A stretch of 64,000 bases of DNA from an uncultured Clostridia bacterium (GCA_963558405.1 CAUWGC010000002.1:40852-104851); one strand, 5' to 3'; positions 28,012 through 37,969 are shown, numbered from the stretch's first letter. The notes: a model not told the origin generated them from the letters alone. Made by a program: numbers and translations.

Positions 28012-28677
28012 TTAAGCCTCCTTCAGCATTACAACTTTATCCTCAATATCAGTATCTTCTCTATGAGCATAATTCATATTTAAAAAGCTATTACATAACT
28101 GTATTAGAGAAGGCTCATCAAGGATTTCTGTTTTAATGCTACATCTCTCAAATTTATTGCTTAAATCTAAACACCTTTTTAATAAATCTTTTTCTGAATT
28201 ATCATCGTGCTTAGCATTTATCATTAAAAAAGATTGCCTCTCAACGATTTCTCCGTTCAAAGACAACCTTTGTACTTCTTTTAAATGTGTTTTTAATAAT
28301 CTTTTTTGAATTGCATTATCTGTTGTATTTATAATCTCTGTTAAATATTCCTGTAATGGAGATATATCAACAGCTCTAGCAATATTAAAATATTTCATTT
28401 CTCCTTGTTCTGAAGAAAGTTCAGCAGATAATTCATTTATTAAATTTTGCTTTTCTCTTTCAGTAAGTAATTGAGTATTTATTGAATATATTTTTAATCC
28501 TGCAATTACATTGCCATCTCTTGTATAAATATAATTATTTCTAATATCTAAAATACCAACTTCTTCATTACAAGTATTGTCTTTTGATTTTTTACCAAAT
28601 ATATTAAGTATTTTTCCCAACATTTCCCCTCCATTTATTATAATATTTATATCTATATTGTTTTTGTGTATTAGCAA
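28012..28677 (-). CDS. conjugation-associated hypothetical protein
   Basis: It lies in the T4SS gene block. The start is probably at the later Met (MLGKIL...). Confidence 0.4.
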   Translation of the reverse strand: MLIHKNNIDINIIINGGEMLGKILNIFGKKSKDNTCNEEVGILDIRNNYIYTRDGNVIAGLKIYSINTQLLTEREKQNLINELSAELSSEQGEMKYFNIARAVDISPLQEYLTEIINTTDNAIQKRLLKTHLKEVQRLSLNGEIVERQSFLMINAKHDDNSEKDLLKRCLDLSNKFERCSIKTEILDEPSLIQLCNSFLNMNYAHREDTDIEDKVVMLKEA

Positions 28678-28948
28678 AGTCTATTAAAAACTTTATTTGC
28701 TTTGTTACACACAAATTATTTTCATCTTTAGCAGTTGCTATAATTGTTCCTGCAACTCCTATGAATTCAATTACCACAGGCAATAAGAAACTACCCTTTA
28801 ATTTGTAAATAATTAAGCTAATAGGAAGTAAACAAGCAAAAACAATTATTGTAGATATTAGTTCTTTTACACCATATCCTTTAAAAAATTCCATTCTAGT
28901 TTTTACATTAGAAGGAATATAAAGTTTATAATCATTTTCATTATCCAT
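28604..28948 (-). CDS. small membrane protein (VirB3-like position)
   Basis: A 114-aa ORF with two TM segments, immediately upstream of the VirB4 block. Confidence 0.35.
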   Translation of the reverse strand: MDNENDYKLYIPSNVKTRMEFFKGYGVKELISTIIVFACLLPISLIIYKLKGSFLLPVVIEFIGVAGTIIATAKDENNLCVTKQIKFLIDFANTQKQYRYKYYNKWRGNVGKNT

Positions 28949-28950
28949 CT

Positions 28951-29166
28951 TTAACCTCCATAATATTTTTTTACTAAATCTAAAATTACAAATATCAATT
29001 CTGATATTATTCCAAAAACTATGGTATTTCTTATTTTTCTTTTATATGAGCCTTGTGCATCTTCATCATAAATCATTTTAGTTAAGCAAAATACCACTCG
29101 GAATATAACTCCAAGTGGTATAACTACAACTTTTAACAAATTTATTATTTCATTTAAAGTATCCAT
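28951..29166 (-). CDS. small membrane protein
   Basis: A 71-aa hydrophobic ORF. Confidence 0.3.
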   Translation of the reverse strand: MDTLNEIINLLKVVVIPLGVIFRVVFCLTKMIYDEDAQGSYKRKIRNTIVFGIISELIFVILDLVKKYYGG

Positions 29167-29169
29167 AAA

Positions 29170-30027
29170 TTACCCTTTCTTTAATGTACTAAGTTTTCTC
29201 TTAATTTGAGAAGAAAGTTCCATAGTTTTACTTGTAGTAACTATTACATTACTAATTCCACCAGTTCCACCACCAAGCATAAACTCTTGTAAGAACTTAG
29301 GTGTTTTAATCGCCATTATTATCGCAGCGATTCCAAATAACATTTTTACATTCATTATCAGTATTATTGCGATTTTGCATAATATAATTTGTACTAAAAC
29401 AGTCAAAATACTTTTTATTAGTTTTTCTGAATAAGATTTAAAAACTCCTCCATCAGGATTTACTAAACCTACACAAGCTAGAGGAAAACCTAATTTTAAT
29501 ACAAACATTTCTAAGGATCTCATTAAAAATTGTATATATAGAACAAATAATAGTATTAAAGCAATTAAGGCTACTATTGCCGTAAATAAGCCTGAAGTTG
29601 CAATATTAGCAATAGCTGTCGTAAGTGATACATTATTAGCCATATTCATAGCCGTTAAAATAGATTCTCCAAATGACTTAGCAATTTGAATTACCCAATC
29701 ATATAGAATAGAAAAGCTAATTGCTACAACTATTGCTCTTATAAAGTAAACAATATAAGTAAGTGGAGGTGTATCAGCCTCTCCATCTGTCCATAATATA
29801 TACATATCAAAACCTTTTTTCAAAAACTTTAATACTATTAAGGATATTGCCAAACTTAAAATAAGTGCTTTTAGCCCAGAAAAGTCAACTACTGTACTTC
29901 CAAAATTAGAAGATATATAGTTTTCTGAATTAAAGCACATATCAATAAGTCCATTAAATGCAGAGTTTATAACATTATCAGCACCACCAATAATACTGGT
30001 AATTAAGCCAGTTAAAATTGATTCCAA
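29170..30027 (-). CDS. polytopic membrane protein (VirB6/TrbL-like)
   Basis: It is 285 aa with five or more TM segments, in the T4SS block. Confidence 0.5.
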   Translation of the reverse strand: MESILTGLITSIIGGADNVINSAFNGLIDMCFNSENYISSNFGSTVVDFSGLKALILSLAISLIVLKFLKKGFDMYILWTDGEADTPPLTYIVYFIRAIVVAISFSILYDWVIQIAKSFGESILTAMNMANNVSLTTAIANIATSGLFTAIVALIALILLFVLYIQFLMRSLEMFVLKLGFPLACVGLVNPDGGVFKSYSEKLIKSILTVLVQIILCKIAIILIMNVKMLFGIAAIIMAIKTPKFLQEFMLGGGTGGISNVIVTTSKTMELSSQIKRKLSTLKKG

Positions 30028-30038
30028 AACGTACCTCC

Positions 30039-30407
30039 TTATCTATAATATCCAATTATTAAGTTTATAAGTCCACTAGCAACAACTACACCAACACAGC
30101 AAATTATTGCTACCTTTATTCTTGAATCCCATCTCTTGCCATCCATTTCATCACTTGATGATTTTCTAAGCAAGTAATAGCCAACTAATAATACTGTTAA
30201 AACAGGAGCAAGTATTAAGAGCCAGTTAGTTAAATCTGTTATTAAATTTTGTGTACCTGTTGCAATTTGACTGTCTTGAACTCCTGCAAAACAAGTGCTT
30301 GTTGCACAAATAAGACTTGTTGTAACAAGTCCTGCTTTTCCTATTCTTTTTGAATATTTTTTTAATTTTTCTTTTATCTTTTCCTTCATACATAAATTCT
30401 CCTTCAT
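30039..30407 (-). CDS. small membrane protein (possible VirB2-like pilin)
   Basis: It has a signal-like N-terminus and two hydrophobic segments. The ORF is 122 aa. Confidence 0.3.
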   Translation of the reverse strand: MKENLCMKEKIKEKLKKYSKRIGKAGLVTTSLICATSTCFAGVQDSQIATGTQNLITDLTNWLLILAPVLTVLLVGYYLLRKSSSDEMDGKRWDSRIKVAIICCVGVVVASGLINLIIGYYR

Positions 30408-30414
30408 TGATTTT

Positions 30415-32217
30415 TTATTTATACGAATTCCAAATCCCCCATAGTTTTATATCTTCAATATCTTTTACATTTCTTTGACTTTCTCTTTCAAATCTTAATT
30501 TTCTGTTATGCTCTTGATTTCCCATTCCAAATAAACTATTAAATTTCCATTTTGAAATATCAGGAAGTTTAGTAATAATAGGAAATAGTCCTGTTTGAAT
30601 AACCAAAACATAAGGTCTTTCAATTCTAAGTATTTCATCTTCAGTCAATAAACTTCTACTAATTAAATTTATTGATTCAGAATTACTGCCATTTTGATAT
30701 TTACTATAACTACTTGATCTACTGTAACTGGAAGTAGTATAAGTTCCAAGTTTTTTTGAAATTATACTAGCTGTTTCATTACTAGCAGTTTTCAAATATA
30801 TCCAAGTTTGACAGTTATCTCTAATATTTTCAGCCACTTCACGACCATATTTATTTTCTAGTTGTGAAAATGATTGTAAAAATAAATTAAATCTTATTTT
30901 TCTACCACCTGCAACTGTAAGCATATTACTAAAAGCAGGAATAGTAGTAAAGTTTCCAAACTCATCTAAAATATAATTTACTCTTGTCTTTAATTCGCCT
31001 CCTCGTTCATCAGCACTTTCAACAAGTGAAACATAGTTCTGATATACAAAAAGTGAGGCTAAAGGATAGTAAGTAGTTTTTTCATCAGGAAGAATAATAT
31101 AAGTAACTGTTTTTTCTTCCCCTGCTTGTTTTAAACTAAAATCACTTTTACAAGTCATTCCATAAATGCTTTTACTTGTAAAAAGTCTTAAAGTAGTAAG
31201 AGCTGAAGTAAAAAAAGAGCCTCTTGTTTTTTCAGGTGCAATTCTTGCAATATTAAATATTGTACTTGCAGGATGCTCAGGTGCGAGATTTTCAATGTAT
31301 TTATTTATTGGCATCTGTTGTCCTGTTGTTTTGCACATTTCTGAAATAAAAGAGTAAACATTAGTTAAATTTTGATATTCAGGGTGTTCTTTATTATCAA
31401 AAACAACACTCATAATTGCTCCTGCAATTACTGACATTTCTCCATCTCTCCAAATTTTCTCCATCTTAGTATCTTCATTTCCAACTAAACTTTGTGTTAT
31501 ATCCCAAGCATATTCTTCAGCTTTTCTAAAATCATCTCTATTTACTGCATCAATTACAGGTTGTAGAAAGTTATATCTTGTACTTTTAGTAGGATTCTTA
31601 AAGTCTAAGGTTATAATTTTATACCCTAGTTCTTCTAAAAATTTTGAAGTATAGTGATATATTTCAGCTTTAGGATCTGAAATAATCATACTTTCTCCTG
31701 CTAATCCAAGATTACCAACAGTTTGTAAAACAATACTTCTAGTTTTACCACTTCTAGTAGCTCCAACAACTAAACTGTGTATATTGTCATCAATGTAGTA
31801 AATATTTTCACTATTTTTATTTTTCTCATAGCCAACAATAATACCTCCTGAATTAAAAGTATTATTACTATCACTTAAAGTATTACATTTAAAAGTCTTT
31901 CTGAATTCTTTTTTTGTAAGCCATCTAGCTGTTCCGTGCTGTCCTTGTCCCATTATTTCAGGTGTCTTTAATTTATCTGTAATACTAACTGTTCCACTTT
32001 GAAAAACCTTCTTACTTCCAAAACCAAAAAGCATAATAATTACAACTTCAACAAGTAAATAGACAAGAAAAAATAGTAGTAATAATTGCTTATCAACTAC
32101 TATTTGTGAAATTTCTATTTTAGCAAGTTTTGTATGAATTGTGGCACTCAAATATATGCTTAATGGAATATTAAGCATTGATAATATTGCTATAATTCCA
32201 AGTTTCTTTTTATTCAT
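30415..32217 (-). CDS. VirD4/TraG-type type IV coupling protein
   Basis: It has an N-terminal TM domain, Walker A LVVGATRSGKTRS, and the 600-aa size usual for this family. Confidence 0.85.
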   Translation of the reverse strand: MNKKKLGIIAILSMLNIPLSIYLSATIHTKLAKIEISQIVVDKQLLLLFFLVYLLVEVVIIMLFGFGSKKVFQSGTVSITDKLKTPEIMGQGQHGTARWLTKKEFRKTFKCNTLSDSNNTFNSGGIIVGYEKNKNSENIYYIDDNIHSLVVGATRSGKTRSIVLQTVGNLGLAGESMIISDPKAEIYHYTSKFLEELGYKIITLDFKNPTKSTRYNFLQPVIDAVNRDDFRKAEEYAWDITQSLVGNEDTKMEKIWRDGEMSVIAGAIMSVVFDNKEHPEYQNLTNVYSFISEMCKTTGQQMPINKYIENLAPEHPASTIFNIARIAPEKTRGSFFTSALTTLRLFTSKSIYGMTCKSDFSLKQAGEEKTVTYIILPDEKTTYYPLASLFVYQNYVSLVESADERGGELKTRVNYILDEFGNFTTIPAFSNMLTVAGGRKIRFNLFLQSFSQLENKYGREVAENIRDNCQTWIYLKTASNETASIISKKLGTYTTSSYSRSSSYSKYQNGSNSESINLISRSLLTEDEILRIERPYVLVIQTGLFPIITKLPDISKWKFNSLFGMGNQEHNRKLRFERESQRNVKDIEDIKLWGIWNSYK

Positions 32218-32569
32218 TTTCTAGCTCATCTCCTTGTTCTAAGTTATTTTCTAATTCAAATTCAACAGTATATGCTTTTATCTGTTCTTCTGTTAAATCT
32301 TTAAAGTCTTGATGTTTTTCATCATTTCCTGTAATAATAAAATTCCCTCTAATATTTAAACCATCAATCGTTCTATTTATAGGAAGTAACTTTTTAAAAG
32401 CCTCCTCATCATAAACAATAAGAACATCTTTATATTTAATAACTTCTATATTTTGATTTCCGATTATTCTTCTTAGTGTATTAAGTCTATTAGGAATTCT
32501 TTTTAATTCAGGATTTTTAGCATTTTCAACTATGAGAACTAACATATTCTGTTTTTCAATAATTACCAC
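32210..32569 (-). CDS. hypothetical protein
   Basis: A 119-aa ORF between the relaxase and the T4CP. Confidence 0.4.
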   Translation of the reverse strand: MVIIEKQNMLVLIVENAKNPELKRIPNRLNTLRRIIGNQNIEVIKYKDVLIVYDEEAFKKLLPINRTIDGLNIRGNFIITGNDEKHQDFKDLTEEQIKAYTVEFELENNLEQGDELENE

Positions 32570-32572
32570 CTC

Positions 32573-33511
32573 CTAGAATTCCATTTCATCTAATTCTTCT
32601 GTGCTATAATGCATCTCAATAGCAAGTTGCTTTTTAGCACTTTCATTTAATCCAGTTAAGGTAGTTGTATCTTCAGCTTGTTTATTTCTACTTAATTGTT
32701 CAATAATGTCTACAATGTTAGAATGAATACTTTTATAAGTAACCTTCTCTTGCTTAACACCTTTAATATTTTTTCTTGCCTTTTCCTTAAAGTAAAGTTC
32801 CATATTTTCTCTTAAATACTTTTCTTTATGGAGCTTTTTATCACTACATTTATAACCAGTAGGAGTCGTATAAATAATGCTTAATTTTTCTTTACTCCAA
32901 TTCACTTTATAACCTAGTTTGTTCATACCTGTAAAGAATTCATACTTATTGTTTGATTTTTCCATAACAGAATCTATATCTTTTGTTAATAATTCTTTCC
33001 AACTAATACCTTTAATCCTTGCTTGATATTCATTTATTTTTATATCATCAACTTTAGATTTTTGCTCTGTTATAGCAAGTCCATATTCTTTGCAAATTTG
33101 ATTTGATAAATCTTTAATTTTTTGCAAGTCTTGTTTGCTTTGGTGGAACTTTAATCCATTTTCAAAATTCACAGTATTTAAAACTATATGATTATGTATG
33201 TGTTCTCTATCAATATGTGTAGCAACTACTACTTGAAAGCCTTTAAAATATTCAGCCATTCTAACTCCTATTTCGTGAGCCTGTTCGTATGTTGGTTTAT
33301 CAGTAGGAGAAAATGATTGAACAAAGTGTATTTTTTCTCTACCAGTTAGCTTTTTATACATCTTCTTAACTGTCATCATTTCTTCGTAAGCAGTTTCAGG
33401 TATGCAATCTTTACCTGAAATTAGCTTTTTATCTGTTTTTTCTTCTTTGCATATATAATTTAGAGTCTTTTTTAAACTGACTTTGTTGTTAATAAATTTA
33501 ATGATTGCCAT
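32573..33511 (-). CDS. MOB-P type relaxase (MobA/MobL family)
   Basis: The three-His motif HIDREHIHNHIVLN is present, along with an N-terminal Tyr region. The ORF ends ...ELDEMEF. Confidence 0.85.
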   Translation of the reverse strand: MAIIKFINNKVSLKKTLNYICKEEKTDKKLISGKDCIPETAYEEMMTVKKMYKKLTGREKIHFVQSFSPTDKPTYEQAHEIGVRMAEYFKGFQVVVATHIDREHIHNHIVLNTVNFENGLKFHQSKQDLQKIKDLSNQICKEYGLAITEQKSKVDDIKINEYQARIKGISWKELLTKDIDSVMEKSNNKYEFFTGMNKLGYKVNWSKEKLSIIYTTPTGYKCSDKKLHKEKYLRENMELYFKEKARKNIKGVKQEKVTYKSIHSNIVDIIEQLSRNKQAEDTTTLTGLNESAKKQLAIEMHYSTEELDEMEF

Positions 33512-33780
33512 AATTTTTGTAACTCCTTTTTTGTACCTTCTAAATCAACACAAGTAATAATTTTGCTATTAGCAAGTCTTGTTAATTGATTGATATTATT
33601 TCCAATTCTTCTAAGTTCTGTTATCATTTCAGGTAATTCATTTATAACTATAATCTTATTGCCAGTAGAACTTTTAATTATAAATTCTGAAATACTTTGA
33701 TTAGCTTGTTTGCTCTTTAAAGTTATAGTCATTTTTTCTTCAGGAGTTACCCTAATTTCAATTCTCTCTGTTTTCTTCAA
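33472..33780 (-). CDS. mobC: MobC-family relaxosome accessory protein
   Basis: LRRIGNNINQLTRLAN matches the MobC GNNLNQ signature. Confidence 0.7.
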   Translation of the reverse strand: MKKTERIEIRVTPEEKMTITLKSKQANQSISEFIIKSSTGNKIIVINELPEMITELRRIGNNINQLTRLANSKIITCVDLEGTKKELQKLWQSLNLLTTKSV

Positions 33781-33844
33781 TATATCTCCTTCCTTGTGCT
33801 AATAAAACTTATGTGGTGTAACCACTTGATCAAAAAAAGGTACT

Positions 33845-33885
33845 TTTTGCTCCCTTTGTACTGACAAAGGGGAATCTTGCTATAC
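33845..33885 (-). promoter_or_regulatory. candidate oriT (inverted repeat + nic-like core)
   Basis: The IR CCCTTTGT-actg-ACAAAGGG is followed by GAATCTTGCTATAC. ATCTTGC resembles the MOB-P nic core ATCCTG|C. It sits between parB-like and mobC. Confidence 0.45.
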
Positions 33886-34773
33886 ATCGCTGTCGCTCCT
33901 AAAATAGTCATCTAATAATTTCTTAATTAAAATACTGAATTCTTTATCTGAATTAAATCGGTCTTTATATTCATTAAATACTTGCCTATTTAATTTTCCA
34001 GTAAATTTTTCTTCTTTAACTTTTTCATTTTTTAGTATTTTTAAAACTATTTCATAAGTAATATTGTTTCGTTTTAATCTAAGTTTTTGTGCTTGAACAA
34101 GTGTTAATTTTATTTGTTCATCATCTAATGCTTGATTTATAATTTCTTGTTCTTCTTTAGATAAGTAAGAAATTTCAACTCCTGCCATAAAATTTATTTG
34201 TTCTAAATTCACTTTATTTTGTAAGGGCTTAATTAGTTCTGTAAGTCTTATATATCTATAAATTTGAGCTAAACTTGTATTATTCTCATCGTGAGAATTT
34301 TCCATTAACTCATTGATATTACTTATGTTAGGGTTGTTTTTTAATATTTCTAATTTCATTTTGTAAGCATATCCTTTTTCAACAGGAAGTATTTTATCTC
34401 TATTACAAAGATTAGTATCTATCATAATTAAGGTAGCTTTATCATCATCACAATCCACAATTTGAGCTGGAATTGTTGATAAGTGTAGTTCTTTTGAACA
34501 TTCTACTCGGTTATGTCCTGAAATAATTTCATATTTTTCATTAGCTATTTTTCTAACAATAATAGGTACTAAAACTCCGTTTTCTTTAATACTTTCTAAT
34601 ACTTCTTGTTTTTTAGTTTCATCATACATTGAAAAAGGTTGCCTTTTTCTAAAAGCAACCAATTTGCTCAATTCAATATTTATAATATTATTACTATTTT
34701 CAACTTTCTTTGTTTCGTTCTTTTCAGGTGTTTTATCTACCACAAACTTTTTTCTTGCATCTTCTATACTCAA
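33880..34773 (-). CDS. ParB-like nuclease domain protein
   Basis: VPIIVRKIANEKYEIISGHNRVECSKEL matches the ParB/Srx N-terminal motif. Confidence 0.65.
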   Translation of the reverse strand: MSIEDARKKFVVDKTPEKNETKKVENSNNIINIELSKLVAFRKRQPFSMYDETKKQEVLESIKENGVLVPIIVRKIANEKYEIISGHNRVECSKELHLSTIPAQIVDCDDDKATLIMIDTNLCNRDKILPVEKGYAYKMKLEILKNNPNISNINELMENSHDENNTSLAQIYRYIRLTELIKPLQNKVNLEQINFMAGVEISYLSKEEQEIINQALDDEQIKLTLVQAQKLRLKRNNITYEIVLKILKNEKVKEEKFTGKLNRQVFNEYKDRFNSDKEFSILIKKLLDDYFRSDSDV

Positions 34774-34784
34774 AATAATTCCTC

Positions 34785-35066
34785 CTATTCAAGTTCTATA
34801 TCAGATTCCATAGAATTAGGTTTTACATATAAGTCTTGGACTTCTTCATAATGTAAATTTTCAAATTCTTTATCTGTTAAAAAGTCTTTACCCTCTAATA
34901 TATCTTTATTTGTTACAAGTGATCCAATGTTATTAACTAACACTCCTCTTTCGATTTGGTATCCATTGTCAATTTTTGAATCTCTTATATCATAATAGAA
35001 TAAATTAGGATTTCTTTCTTCAATAGGTGGCTTTTCGTGTAGCCATTGTATTTTTAAACCTTCCAT
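34785..35066 (-). CDS. hypothetical protein
   Basis: A 93-aa ORF with an acidic C-terminus. Confidence 0.35.
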   Translation of the reverse strand: MEGLKIQWLHEKPPIEERNPNLFYYDIRDSKIDNGYQIERGVLVNNIGSLVTNKDILEGKDFLTDKEFENLHYEEVQDLYVKPNSMESDIELE

Positions 35067-35067
35067 T

Positions 35068-35487
35068 TTACATCTCCATTTCTTCCTCGTATTCCAAATC
35101 TTTATTAAATTGTCCTATCTTATTTACTGCCTCAAAAATATCTGTATTTGAGTCTATTTGTAAATAAGGAATAGTGTTTTTTAAATTATTATAAACCGTA
35201 AAAGATCCATTTATAGGATCTAAAATAATTGCATAAAAAGAAACATTTTTTGATTTTAAATCTCTGCTTGTTTCATTCCATACAATTTCATCATCATCTG
35301 AAATATTTTCTTTAGAAAAATATATCATTTCTTCTAATTTCTTCAGTATAGTAGGATTTCTAAATATATTATCTTCAGGAAGTTCAGAATAATTATTTAC
35401 AATATAATTGTATAAATAACTTTCATCAGAAAAGGCTTGTAGCATATTTAAGTTTTTACCTTTTATAAATAATTGTATATTTTTCAA
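35068..35487 (-). CDS. hypothetical protein (ends EEEMEM)
   Basis: A 139-aa ORF. Confidence 0.4.
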   Translation of the reverse strand: MKNIQLFIKGKNLNMLQAFSDESYLYNYIVNNYSELPEDNIFRNPTILKKLEEMIYFSKENISDDDEIVWNETSRDLKSKNVSFYAIILDPINGSFTVYNNLKNTIPYLQIDSNTDIFEAVNKIGQFNKDLEYEEEMEM

Positions 35488-35526
35488 GTTTTACCTCCTA
35501 AAAAAGAGTTAGTATAAACTAACCCC

Positions 35527-35820
35527 TTAACTAATACATTCAATTAACAAATTGATTCCATCTTTAAACCCTTGTTTATAATATTTGTCTAAAGTTGCAC
35601 TTTCTCTTTTTAACATATCTTCTAAAGTTAAATCTAAATATTTGTCAATTTTATTTCTCAATCTTTGATTATAGATTTTATCAATAAGTTCTCTTAATTT
35701 TTCTTCGTTACCATCTTTTTGTATTTCGTAGCTAACCTCTTTTTCTAATTCACTTCTGTTAGCTAGAACTCCTTGCTCTCTATCCCAATAGATTGATTCT
35801 AAAAGTGTTTCTTTTGGCAT
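35527..35820 (-). CDS. hypothetical protein
   Basis: A 97-aa ORF. A GGAGG RBS and conserved promoter copy 3 lie upstream. Confidence 0.4.
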   Translation of the reverse strand: MPKETLLESIYWDREQGVLANRSELEKEVSYEIQKDGNEEKLRELIDKIYNQRLRNKIDKYLDLTLEDMLKRESATLDKYYKQGFKDGINLLIECIS

Positions 35821-35844
35821 ATAATTTTACCTCCTTGTCAATGA

Positions 35845-35883
35845 ATTATATAATGATATAAAATTAAATCCAAAACCCTTTTA
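35845..35883 (-). promoter_or_regulatory. conserved ICE promoter motif copy 3
   Basis: On the minus strand: AAAAGGGTTTTGGATTTAATTTTATATCATTATATAAT. Confidence 0.5.
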
Positions 35884-35893
35884 GAAAAATTTT

Positions 35894-36385
35894 TTAAAAT
35901 TCCATTTCATCTGTTTCTTCCATTGCTGAATCATCAATCTCTTGCTTTTCCTCTTGATTTTCTTCTTTTCTATATTTTTCGACATCATTTGCAAGTTGTG
36001 TACATAGTTCTTCTTCTAACCTATCTATTTTCTTTCCTAGCATTTCTTTTGGCATACCAACTTTTTCCTCATTATAATCTGTACTTAAAAATAATGTTTT
36101 AAAATTATATATCTTTGTTCGTAATGGATAATTTCCCAATGTATAATAATCTTGCATAATCTTTTTATATGGTATTATACTTTTATGATTTCCTCTTAAT
36201 TCATTCCCTTCTTGAAGTATTTTTATGATTTCTTTATCTAATCCTTTTTGACCTTCTCTATTATAAATATCTGTTAGCCAAGTATATTTACTAGAATAAA
36301 AAGGAGCAGTATCATTACTACTTTTGTGGCTTAGATACACTCCATCTTTTTTTATTGTAATTCTATTTATTAGCTCTCTACTCAT
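35894..36385 (-). CDS. hypothetical protein with C-terminal EETDEMEF tail
   Basis: A 163-aa ORF. Its C-terminal eight residues are identical to those of the ArdA-like protein. Confidence 0.45.
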   Translation of the reverse strand: MSRELINRITIKKDGVYLSHKSSNDTAPFYSSKYTWLTDIYNREGQKGLDKEIIKILQEGNELRGNHKSIIPYKKIMQDYYTLGNYPLRTKIYNFKTLFLSTDYNEEKVGMPKEMLGKKIDRLEEELCTQLANDVEKYRKEENQEEKQEIDDSAMEETDEMEF

Positions 36386-36999
36386 TAAAATTCCATCTCC
36401 TCTCCATTTTCTATTTGTGCCTCTAATTCTTGAATTTTATTATTTAAAGTTTCAACTTCTCCTTTTAATTTTAAATTTTCTTCTATTAGTAATCCTTTAT
36501 CTATTGCATTAGTTCTTGGATCTTCAAAGTCATTATTTATAGCCTTTATTTTACCCATACTCAAATATTGACTTTCTCCAACTATAATATGATCTGTTAG
36601 TTGAATATTAAATGCTTTTAACATTTTACCTGTAATATTTGTTATATGTTTATCAGGTTTACTTGGCTCTAAATCATTTGAAGGATGATTATGTACTAAT
36701 ATCACTTTTTCACTTGCTGTTATTAAAGCTGTTCTAACAATATATTTACTATCTACATATATTTCATTACATTTACCAACTCCAATTAAACTTATATTTC
36801 TAACATTATTTCTTGAATCTAATCCTATAAATAATAAATGCTCTTGAACAGCATCTTTTATTTCTTGTACTTCTTTTAATTTATATACATCATCTGAACT
36901 TGCTACTTTCATAATATCTCTTTCTTCTACTGGAGGCTTTTTTTGTATTTCTATTTCTAACCCCATACTTTTAAAACTCCATTTCATCTGTTTCTTCAA
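36385..36999 (-). CDS. RadC-like JAB domain protein (DUF2466)
   Basis: The JAB motif reads VILVHNHPSNDLEPSKPDKHITNIT. The ORF ends GEEMEF. Confidence 0.8.
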   Translation of the reverse strand: MKKQMKWSFKSMGLEIEIQKKPPVEERDIMKVASSDDVYKLKEVQEIKDAVQEHLLFIGLDSRNNVRNISLIGVGKCNEIYVDSKYIVRTALITASEKVILVHNHPSNDLEPSKPDKHITNITGKMLKAFNIQLTDHIIVGESQYLSMGKIKAINNDFEDPRTNAIDKGLLIEENLKLKGEVETLNNKIQELEAQIENGEEMEF

Positions 37000-37969
37000 T
37001 TTCTTCTAAGATAATTGTTCTATCTTCTAAATCTTTCTTAATATCTTCAATTTGACTTTCTTCAACAGATTTAAAATCTCCATTTTCGTAATCATCTCCA
37101 ATAATAAAACAGTTTCCTGCAATATAATCATAGTCAAATTGTAGATTAGGTTTTAAATTTGTAATTTTACCTTCTTCATTACATATAAGAAGTAAATCAT
37201 CTTTATAAGGCACAACTTCAATTAGTCCTCCAACTAATTTTTGTTTTGCCTCTAAGGTATCTTCAATTTCCATAACAATAGGATCTTTTCCCACTTCTTT
37301 ATAGACAATTCTCAACTTTTTTTCTTCAGATTCTTCTTCATCGTATCCTAGTTCTTCTTTTATTTCTTCTAAAGAATAATAATGTAAATCAATATCTCCA
37401 CAAGCTCCATTTTCAAGATAACCATTTTCATATAAACTAACATCATCATCCATACCATATTTTTCGTAGTCAAAACAATCAGTAACATAGTATTTTTCTA
37501 ATATTTCATCTAAGCCATTCCATATAGCTTTAGACATTCCATATTTTTCTTCGTTAGAAAGATTTTCTGAATTTTCTTCATAAGGATAAAAAGGTATATT
37601 ATCTTCTTGTAGCATAACATTTATTATTTCTTCTATATCATCTGTACCTTGATATTCAATATAAGCTTCAACAGCCTCCATATTATTTACTTTTTCAGAT
37701 GCCATTGCTAATAAATTAAGCATATTCAAATTACTATATTCACTAACTTTTATTGGTAAATCAGTTTCATAATCATTTATCATATATTCTTCATAACATA
37801 CACCATCTTCAGTGAGTGCTTTTTCAACTTCTTCTTGTGTTAATTGAAGTCCCACTTTTTCTCTTAAAAAAGTATCTAATTCTTTTTTAGAAACAGGAAG
37901 TTCTAACCATTCGCCAACAAGTTCTCCTTCGTTATATTTTCCTAAGTTTCCAATCCAAACATTAAGCAT
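36971..37969 (-). CDS. ardA: ArdA-like anti-restriction protein (double length, acidic C-terminal extension)
   Basis: The N-terminal VWIGNLGKYNEGELVGEWLELP is the ArdA signature. The protein is highly acidic and ends EETDEMEF. Confidence 0.65.
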   Translation of the reverse strand: MLNVWIGNLGKYNEGELVGEWLELPVSKKELDTFLREKVGLQLTQEEVEKALTEDGVCYEEYMINDYETDLPIKVSEYSNLNMLNLLAMASEKVNNMEAVEAYIEYQGTDDIEEIINVMLQEDNIPFYPYEENSENLSNEEKYGMSKAIWNGLDEILEKYYVTDCFDYEKYGMDDDVSLYENGYLENGACGDIDLHYYSLEEIKEELGYDEEESEEKKLRIVYKEVGKDPIVMEIEDTLEAKQKLVGGLIEVVPYKDDLLLICNEEGKITNLKPNLQFDYDYIAGNCFIIGDDYENGDFKSVEESQIEDIKKDLEDRTIILEEIEETDEMEF

